Assembly: GCA_963833985.1 (NCBI GenBank)
Contig: CAWIAD010000002.1
Span: forward strand, 3,392,001 to 3,456,000
Length of the DNA stretch: 64,000 bases
DNA from: an uncultured Planctomycetaceae bacterium
Lineage (GTDB): Bacteria > Planctomycetota > Planctomycetia > Isosphaerales > Isosphaeraceae
Direction: 5' to 3'
Positions 57,013-64,000 of this stretch are shown here, in pieces. The number at the start of each line of letters is the position of its first letter. Position 1 is the first letter of the stretch. Both the position numbers and the translations under genes were made by a program. The notes under the pieces are model-generated. The model was not told the origin of the DNA, ran no database searches, and was given only the letters and a program-made list of their open reading frames with translations.

Positions 57013-58332
57013 ATGAGCCAGTCAAGGAAGATCGCCGTTGGCCCGCAGATCACAACCGACCGCTCGGAGCTGGAATCCGGCTCCGGCGGACGCCTCCGCA
57101 AGCGGAACATCACCCTTGCGGCAGGCCTGGCGCTCGGGTCGTTCATCCCGCTGCTGGTCACGGTCGGCCCCTGGGTCCTCTCCGGCCGGGAGATCGACGA
57201 ATTCAACACGATCGACAAGCTCTACTATTCCGTTGCCGACCGCATCTGCGAAGGGCAGGTTCCCTACCGCGACTTCCCGCTCGAGTATCCCATCGGTTCC
57301 CTTCCCCAGATCCTGCTGCCGATCCTCGTGGGGCGCAGCATGCCGGCCTACCGCATCGGCTACATCGGCGAGATGCTCCTGGTCAACGCCCTGCTGCTTC
57401 AGGTCGTCGCCTGGCAGGTCGGCCAGCGAGAAGGAGAAGCGGCCGTCGCGGGCCGGCTTGGCTGGTATTTCCTCTGCTTCTTCTTCCTGTGCCGGATGAT
57501 CGTCAGCCGCATCGACCTTGTGCCAGGTCTGATCGCGCTGCTCGCCGCGCTTGGCTGGGCCGGCGGCCGGCCGATCGCGGGCGGCGTCCTCGCGGCCCTG
57601 GGCGGACTGGTCAAGATCTTTCCCGTTCTGGCTGCGGTTCCGGGGGCGCTTCAGGAGCTCTTGCACCCGAGAACAACAAGGTTGAAGGGCTCGCTCGCTT
57701 TTGCCGGCACAGGCCTGCTGGGGATGGTGCTCTGGTACGGCGTGGGCGGCTCGGGCGCCACGGCCTCGCTGCTGTACCACGCCGAGCGGGGGCTGGAAGT
57801 CGAGTCGCTGTACGCCGGTCCGCTCTTGCTGCTGGGCCGGCTGAGCGGCGAGCCCATGGCCGTGGAGCTTGGCCATGGCTCGTACGAACTGATCTCCGCG
57901 CGGGCACCCGGCGCCGTGGCCGCGTCGCGCTATGTTCAGTTGCTGGTGCTGGCCGCCAGTGTTGCCCCGTTTCTGCTGCGGCGTCACGCCTCCGCGCTGC
58001 AATGCTCGTGTGCCCTCATCCTGGGTTTGGTCCTGGCCTCACCGGTCTTTTCCCCGCAGTTCATCATCTGGGTCTTCCCCCTGATGTGCGTGCTGTGCGG
58101 TCCGCCGGGCCGCCGGGCCCGCCCGCTCTACGCCGCGATCTGCGTGCTCACGTTCCTGATCTACCCGGTCTTCTTCCACCGCGGCCTGGTCCCCATGCGG
58201 CTGCCCGCGATCCTGCTCCTGAACCTGCGAAACACCCTGCTTGTCGTGCTGTGGGGGCTGGTCGCGTTCGGAGCCGGGTCCACGGCGCCTTCCGCAGAGG
58301 GATCGGGCCACCGCCGCGCACCCGCGGACTGA
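57013..58332 (+). CDS. GT87/DUF2029-like polytopic glycosyltransferase
   Basis: GQVPYRDFPLEYP, R.DLVP, G.LVKIFP, YH.ERGLEVES, VFSPQFIIW; multiple TM helices. Confidence 0.8.
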   Translation: MSQSRKIAVGPQITTDRSELESGSGGRLRKRNITLAAGLALGSFIPLLVTVGPWVLSGREIDEFNTIDKLYYSVADRICEGQVPYRDFPLEYPIGSLPQILLPILVGRSMPAYRIGYIGEMLLVNALLLQVVAWQVGQREGEAAVAGRLGWYFLCFFFLCRMIVSRIDLVPGLIALLAALGWAGGRPIAGGVLAALGGLVKIFPVLAAVPGALQELLHPRTTRLKGSLAFAGTGLLGMVLWYGVGGSGATASLLYHAERGLEVESLYAGPLLLLGRLSGEPMAVELGHGSYELISARAPGAVAASRYVQLLVLAASVAPFLLRRHASALQCSCALILGLVLASPVFSPQFIIWVFPLMCVLCGPPGRRARPLYAAICVLTFLIYPVFFHRGLVPMRLPAILLLNLRNTLLVVLWGLVAFGAGSTAPSAEGSGHRRAPAD

Positions 58333-58356
58333 ATTGGGGCCATCAAGGAGTGTTCC

Positions 58357-58728
58357 ATGTGGGTCTTCACCAGACACGGATTCTTCAGTGCGGTCTGTGC
58401 CCGGCAGGGTGATGGCAAACTTGGCCAGGCCGTCGATCCTGACCGCATCATGATCAGAACCAGAGTCCGAGACCATCTCGAAGCCTTGAAGCAGACATTC
58501 CCAGATCTTCTCGGCGAAAGCACAATCCAGGTCTTTCCCGGCACCGATTACGCCTACCGGATATTTGTGCGGAAATCCGCTTGGACTCAGGTGCTCGCCA
58601 GGCTTGCCGAGGAAACCGACTACGACAACTTCAAGTCTGAGGTCGCACGGTATCAGGGTCGTGCCGGTGCGGCCTATGAGCACGCGCTGCATGAAGTCTG
58701 GTCCGTGATGCACGGATTGCAGGAATAG
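58357..58728 (+). CDS. conserved hypothetical protein
   Basis: AAGGAG RBS; MWVFTRHGFFSAV...DYAYR...DYDNFKS...HEVWSVM; function not recognised. Confidence 0.8.
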   Translation: MWVFTRHGFFSAVCARQGDGKLGQAVDPDRIMIRTRVRDHLEALKQTFPDLLGESTIQVFPGTDYAYRIFVRKSAWTQVLARLAEETDYDNFKSEVARYQGRAGAAYEHALHEVWSVMHGLQE

Positions 58729-58857
58729 GAGAGGGGGGAAGCGGCCCGTGGATGATTGGAGCGGAACGCGAGGCGGGTTGCACGCCCGGAATTCCTCGGG
58801 TTTCTTGTGTCTGGGCTTCCTCCGTGCAGCTACCTACGTTGTAAGGCAGCTGAGCAA

Positions 58858-60009
58858 GTGGCTGGTCGCATCTACCTTCTGAAAGAAGATTCAACGCTGC
58901 TTGCCATGGAGGAAGCTCTGTACGACTCAGAGAGCCTCTTGGAGAAGCTGCTCGCGGATCACCCGGATCTCCTTGGCGGGGACCAGATCAACGCTGAGGA
59001 GCCGAGGCGTTGGCTACTCGAGACCCGTGAGATGGCTGTGCCCGGCGAGCAGGATGGGGCGGGTCGCTGGTCGCTCGACCACCTTTTCCTTGACCAGGAG
59101 GCCATCCCCACCCTGGTCGAGGTGAAGCGAAGTTCCGACACCCGGATTCGCCGGGAAGTCATCGGTCAGATGCTCGACTACGCCGCCAACGCCGTTGCCT
59201 ACTGGCCCGTCGAGGAGATCAAGGCCAGGTTCGAAAGTCGATGCAGGGAGGACGGGATCGACGCCGAGGCCGAACTCGCCGGATTTCCAGACGAAAGTCA
59301 GGACGCATCCGCTTTCTGGCAGCAAGTCAAAACGAACCTCCAGGCTGGGCGGGTCCGCTTGCTCTTCATCGCCGACGAGATCCCGCCCGAGTTGCGGAGG
59401 ATCGTGGAATTCCTCAATAGCCAGATGGACCCGGCGGAGGTACTCGCCATCGAGGTCAAGCAGTTCGTGGGCGAGAACCTCAAGACGCTTGTGCCCCGCG
59501 TGCTGGGGCAGACCGAACTGGCTCGCCAGAAGAAGAGCCCCGATCGGGGCCAGTCACGCCAGTGGGACGAGCCCTCGTTTTTTGAAGCATTGCTCAAGCG
59601 GCGAGGTGAGCAGGAGACGGCAGTCGCCGGGCGACTTCTTGAATGGGCGAAGCAACAGGGTCTCCGTATTTGGTGGGGGCAAGGCACGAAAGACGGGTCG
59701 TTCTTCCCCATGTATGACAACAATTTCGGCAAGAACTTTCTCTTCTCGGTCTGGACCTATGGAACCTTGGAGCTTCAGTTCCAGCACATGAGGCTTCCTC
59801 CATTCTCTGAGGCTGAGAAACGTGCAGAGCTTGCCCGTCGGCTCTCCGAGATTCAGGGATTGTCCATTTCTGAATCCGCCCTGTGCAAGAGACCGTCGTT
59901 CAAGCTCGGCGTGCTTGCTGGCTCTGGTCCTCTGGAGACGTTCTTGGCAGCGTTCGACTGGATGCTTACCGAGATCAGGAAGGGTGAGGTCGTTTCGAGT
60001 TTCGAGTGA
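58858..60009 (+). CDS. PD-(D/E)xK (NucS/restriction-like) endonuclease domain protein
   Basis: E..LE.LL..HPDLL...RE...SLDHLFLDQEAIPTLVEVKR....RREVIGQMLDYA; GTG start. Confidence 0.8.
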   Translation: MAGRIYLLKEDSTLLAMEEALYDSESLLEKLLADHPDLLGGDQINAEEPRRWLLETREMAVPGEQDGAGRWSLDHLFLDQEAIPTLVEVKRSSDTRIRREVIGQMLDYAANAVAYWPVEEIKARFESRCREDGIDAEAELAGFPDESQDASAFWQQVKTNLQAGRVRLLFIADEIPPELRRIVEFLNSQMDPAEVLAIEVKQFVGENLKTLVPRVLGQTELARQKKSPDRGQSRQWDEPSFFEALLKRRGEQETAVAGRLLEWAKQQGLRIWWGQGTKDGSFFPMYDNNFGKNFLFSVWTYGTLELQFQHMRLPPFSEAEKRAELARRLSEIQGLSISESALCKRPSFKLGVLAGSGPLETFLAAFDWMLTEIRKGEVVSSFE

Positions 60010-60212
60010 AAGAAAAAGACACGCCATCAAAGCTGGTGGACCACACGAGTCGTCTGCGGGGCCAGGGCTTCGCGGCGAGCCGGGAGGCGATGCGTGTGAT
60101 GCGGCGAGGTGCTGGCCAGGCTGGAAGCTGGATCCTGGTCGGGCTGGCGGCTGGATCCTGGTCGGGCTCACGCCCGAGGTTGGAGGCTGCGCCCGTGAAA
60201 ACCACGCGCTGA

Positions 60213-60323
60213 CGCACGTGGCCATGCGCCCGGGACTCCAGGGCGGTGGCGCACGTGGCCATACGCTCCGGACTCCAGGACAGTGGCGCACGTGGCCTTC
60301 CGCCCGGGACGCCGGGGCGTGTG
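60213..60323. repeat. 37-bp degenerate tandem repeat x3, intergenic
   Basis: cgcacgtggcc...ggac.cc.gg units start at 60213, 60250 and 60287. Confidence 0.8.
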
Positions 60324-60661
60324 GGACTGCCGCAACGACCTGCGTACGATGGGCTAACGCACGAAGAGAGTTCGGGCTGGCCAGTCGCCGGCCCGTCCCG
60401 GCGAGGCGGTGACAACAGGCGGGCCGAAGCAGGCGCCGTGCATCCGGGCGCCGGGCGGATCATGGCGGCTCCGCACGCTCGCCGAACGCTCGCATGCTCG
60501 CCGATTGCTCTCGAGGCTTGCCCGGGCTCTGCTTGTCGGGTTGTGTCCGAACTTCTTATAGTGCTATGCAGTCGCAGTTCAGCAGTCTGGCCGATCGGAG
60601 CGGCAGTCAGGGGGCGTGCACGCGGGCCAATCCATGCCTGCACTGGGGTCAGAGGACGTTG

Positions 60662-61832
60662 ATGGAGAGCGGCCACTCGCTGACTCGTGTCGTGATACTG
60701 GGCTCGACGGGGTCAATCGGGCGAAACACGCTGAGCGTGATCGAGCATGACGGCGGCCGCCGGCTGCGGTCCTGGGGGCTCGAGCGCCCACTCGAACGGT
60801 TCACTGCTCGCGGATCAGGCCCGGGCGTTCCGGCCCAGGTTCGTCACGGTGACCGATCCCCACCAGTTCCAGGTGGTGCGCCAGATGCTGCACGGCCTGG
60901 ATGTCGAGGTCCTGGAGGGCCGTGCGGGCATCGTGAGGATGGTGCAGGATCCGGCGACGGACCGGGTTCTCAGCGCGATCGTGGGAGCCGCGGGGCTGGA
61001 AGGAACCTGGGCGGCACTCGAGGCGGGCAAGACCGTCGCGCTGGCGAACAAGGAAACGCTGGTGGTGGCCGGCCCGCTGGTGATGGAGCTGGCACGCAGC
61101 CGCCAGGCGAAGGTGTTGCCGGTGGACAGCGAGCACTCGGCCATCTTCCAGGCACTGGAATGCGGCCGGCGCGGCGACGTCCGGCGCGTGATCCTGACCT
61201 CTTCCGGCGGGCCCTTTCGAGCCCGGTCGCACAGGGAACTGGCCGAGGTCACTCCGGAAGAGGCACTGAAACATCCCACCTGGCAGATGGGACCGAAGAT
61301 CACCATCGATTCCGCGACGCTCATGAACAAGGCGCTCGAGATCATCGAGGCACGGTGGCTGTTCGGCCTGGAGCCCGAGCAGATCGACGTGGTCATTCAT
61401 CCGCAGAGCGTGGTGCATTCGATGGTGGAGTTCGTTGACGGCAGCGTGATCGCGCAGCTTTCGCCTCCGGACATGCGTCTGCCCATCCAGTACGCCCTGA
61501 CGCATCCTGAACGCCTGCCGGCGCCTGGGCCCCGGCTCGACCTGAGCACGGCCGTCGCGCTGCATTTCGAACCGCCCGACCGCGAGACGTTTCCCTGCCT
61601 GGAGCTCGGTTACGAGGTGATGCGCCGGGGTGGGACCGCGGGAGCGGCCCTGAACGCCGCCAATGAGGCCGCGGTCTCCCGCTTCCTGGGCGGAGAGATC
61701 GGGTTTCTGGATATCCCGCGCGCCTGCCGGGCCGCCCTCGACAATCATACTTTCGATCCCCATCCGACGCTCGACCAGTTGTGGAAGGTCGATGCGCGGG
61801 CACGCCTGGAGGTGCAATGCTGGCAACGCTGA
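60662..61832 (+). CDS. dxr: 1-deoxy-D-xylulose-5-phosphate reductoisomerase, frameshift at ~60780
   Basis: ILGSTGSIG, LANKETLV, PVDSEHSA, HPTWQMGPKITIDSATLMNK, PDMRLPI, NAANE. Confidence 0.96.
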
Positions 61833-63838
61833 TCTGGCTCTGGAACATCTTCAAGGTCGTCTTCGGACTGGGCTTCGTCATCTTCATCCACGAGCTCGGG
61901 CATTTCGTCCTGGCCAAGTGGAACGGCGTGAAGGTGGAGAAGTTCTCGATCGGCTTTGGCCCCACTCTGATTGGCCGCAAGCACGGTGAGACCGAGTACG
62001 TCATCGCCGCGGTGCCCCTGGGCGGCTTCGTGAAGATGCTGGGGGAGGAGCCTGCCGACGAGGAGAGCAAATCCACCGATCCCAGGGCCTACAGCAACAA
62101 GAGCGTGGGCGCCCGCATGGCCATCATCTCGGCGGGCGTGATCATGAACGTGATCCTCGGCCTGGGCTGCTTCGTCTTCGCGTACGGGCACGGCATGACG
62201 CAGATGCCCGCCCGGGTGGGCGGGGTCGAGCCGGCCTCGCCGGCCTACGACGCGGGCATGCGTGCCGGCGACGAGATCGTCGCCATCGACGGCCGGGGCG
62301 ACCTGAGCTGGAACAGCATGACGCTGAAGGTTGTGCTCAGCAGCCAGGGGCAGACCCTCGACTTCGACGTCAGGCGGCCTGACCGCGACGGGCTGGTGCG
62401 CCTGAAGATTCAGCCCCGGCGCGAGGGCGGTTCGGATCGCCCCCTGATCGGCGTGCACAACAGCAACAGCCTGAACATCAACGGGGTCTTGATTCCCGCG
62501 GGCATGGCAAGCCCCCCCGACTATCCGCAGACCGAGGGAACGGAAGAAAGTGCTCCGATCGACACACTGGTCGCCGCCGGGCCGCCGGGACAGGACCCCA
62601 CCGCGGTCAGCGACGTCCGCCAGTACCAGACGCTGCTGGCGCGGCTGAGCGACCAGCCGGTGGTGCACGTCATCGAGCGCCGAGATGGCACGCTCGATGA
62701 GCCGGGCAAGGTGCTGGACCACCTCCAGGTCACGTTCCCGCCCGCGCACTTCGTGGATTTCGGTCTGCGCATGTCGATCGAGCCGATCGTCGCGATTCGC
62801 AAGGACTCGCCCGCGGACCAGGCCGGCTTTCGCAAGGGAGATCTGATCCTCAAGGTGGATGGGCGGGAGGTCGACCCGGTTCGCCTGCCGAGCCTCTGCT
62901 ACGACCGCGCCGGCAAACCCATGACCGTCGAGGTCCAGCGGACTGCGGCCGACGGCTCGAAGGTCAGCCATACCCTGACGGTGACTCCGGACGATTCGCC
63001 CCCCTGGACCGATCCTCCGGCCGCCAGCGATGCCCTGGACGTGCCCGGCCTGGGGCTCTGCTACCCCGTCCGTCCGCACGTCGCGGCCGTCGCACCGGAC
63101 TCGCCCGCGCACCGGGCCGGTATCAAGGCCGGCAACGTGATCAGCGCGATGACGATCGCTCCGCCGCGGGTCGTCGAGGCTGTCAAGCTCAAGGGAGCGA
63201 AGGCCACGACACCCTCGTCAAAGCCGGAGACCATCACCTTCGACGAGTCCTCCTCCGGCTGGATCAAGGCCTTCTGGAACCTCCAGTACAGCTCCAGCCT
63301 GGCCGTGTCGATGGTCGTGAACAAGAGCTCCAAGCCCATCGAGCTGAGCGCCGAGCCGGATCCAAACTGGTACTTCCCCTCGCGCGGGCTGGTCTTCGGG
63401 ACGCTCTACCAGAAGCTTCCCCCGCAGTCGATCACCGCGGCCCTGCATCGCGGCTGGGACGACACCGTCGAGAACATCCTGGGGATCTATCGCACGATCC
63501 GCAACCTGATCGTGGGCCGGCTCAGCCCCAAGGGCCTGGCCGGGCCGATCCGCATCGTCGGCTTCGCCTACGACAGCGCCCGCTCCGGCATCAACTACCT
63601 GATCCACTTTCTGGGCATCCTGAGCATCAACCTGGCCGTGATCAACTTTCTGCCGATCCCGCCCCTGGACGGCGGCCAGATGGTCTTCCTGCTGGCCGAG
63701 AAGGTGCGCGGCCGGCCCTTGCCCGAACGGGCCCTGGTGCCCTTGATCATCACCGGTGTCGTCTTCGTCGTCTGCCTGATGATCTTTGTCCTGTATCAGG
63801 ATGTGCTCTGGAACCTGGAGAAGTGGAAGGTGTTCTGA
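61817..63838 (+). CDS. rseP: RIP metalloprotease RseP (M50) with multiple PDZ domains
   Basis: HELGH, FSIGFG, PLGGFVKM, NFLPIPPLDGG; follows dxr, a conserved synteny. Confidence 0.93.
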   Translation: MLATLIWLWNIFKVVFGLGFVIFIHELGHFVLAKWNGVKVEKFSIGFGPTLIGRKHGETEYVIAAVPLGGFVKMLGEEPADEESKSTDPRAYSNKSVGARMAIISAGVIMNVILGLGCFVFAYGHGMTQMPARVGGVEPASPAYDAGMRAGDEIVAIDGRGDLSWNSMTLKVVLSSQGQTLDFDVRRPDRDGLVRLKIQPRREGGSDRPLIGVHNSNSLNINGVLIPAGMASPPDYPQTEGTEESAPIDTLVAAGPPGQDPTAVSDVRQYQTLLARLSDQPVVHVIERRDGTLDEPGKVLDHLQVTFPPAHFVDFGLRMSIEPIVAIRKDSPADQAGFRKGDLILKVDGREVDPVRLPSLCYDRAGKPMTVEVQRTAADGSKVSHTLTVTPDDSPPWTDPPAASDALDVPGLGLCYPVRPHVAAVAPDSPAHRAGIKAGNVISAMTIAPPRVVEAVKLKGAKATTPSSKPETITFDESSSGWIKAFWNLQYSSSLAVSMVVNKSSKPIELSAEPDPNWYFPSRGLVFGTLYQKLPPQSITAALHRGWDDTVENILGIYRTIRNLIVGRLSPKGLAGPIRIVGFAYDSARSGINYLIHFLGILSINLAVINFLPIPPLDGGQMVFLLAEKVRGRPLPERALVPLIITGVVFVVCLMIFVLYQDVLWNLEKWKVF

Positions 63839-64000
63839 GCGTGAGCCTGAGCGGCAGGACAGCGCGATGCGAGGTGGCGTGATGGGATCCCTACTTGAGC
63901 GAGTCGAAGCGGGCAGTGTGCCCCGGCTGAGAGACTCCGGGCAGCCAGTCGCGGAGATCCTCGAGCGGCTCGAGTCGGCCGGTGTCGCCGGGCTCGCCGC

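Noticed and set aside
60213..60323. CRISPR array (37-bp repeats)
   Set aside because: Units abut with no spacers, are degenerate, and no cas genes are present.

Overview
High-GC bacterial DNA that looks planctomycetal, probably Isosphaeraceae-like (DUF1501, DUF1549/DUF1553, ECF sigma-WD40 fusion, CRTAC1/ASPIC-UnbV and DUF11 proteins). The taxonomy is inferred from gene content only. Housekeeping genes (2-oxoacid:ferredoxin oxidoreductase alpha, miaA, truB, hflX, nadB, purM, sucA-sucB...lpdA, xylonate dehydratase, dxr, rseP) alternate with accessory patches. These are a decayed island at 1.7-6.8 kb (IS1634 with TIRs and target duplication, REP-like palindrome, gene fragments, a VapBC-type TA pair), a tandem Uma2 duplication with one divergent internal block, a copper-storage locus, and a nuclease islet. 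At least 15 frameshifts occur, many at short homopolymers, and they hit housekeeping genes such as dxr, so most are probably long-read assembly errors. The best candidate for an undescribed system is at 51131-52299: a 75-aa protein with a beta-grasp-like pattern ending in a free C-terminal Gly-Gly, followed by an unassigned Cys-containing partner, with no E1/ThiF/JAB gene recognised in the window. A 40-aa THX-family ribosomal protein gene missed by the ORF track lies just upstream. All family assignments come from motif recognition; no searches were run.
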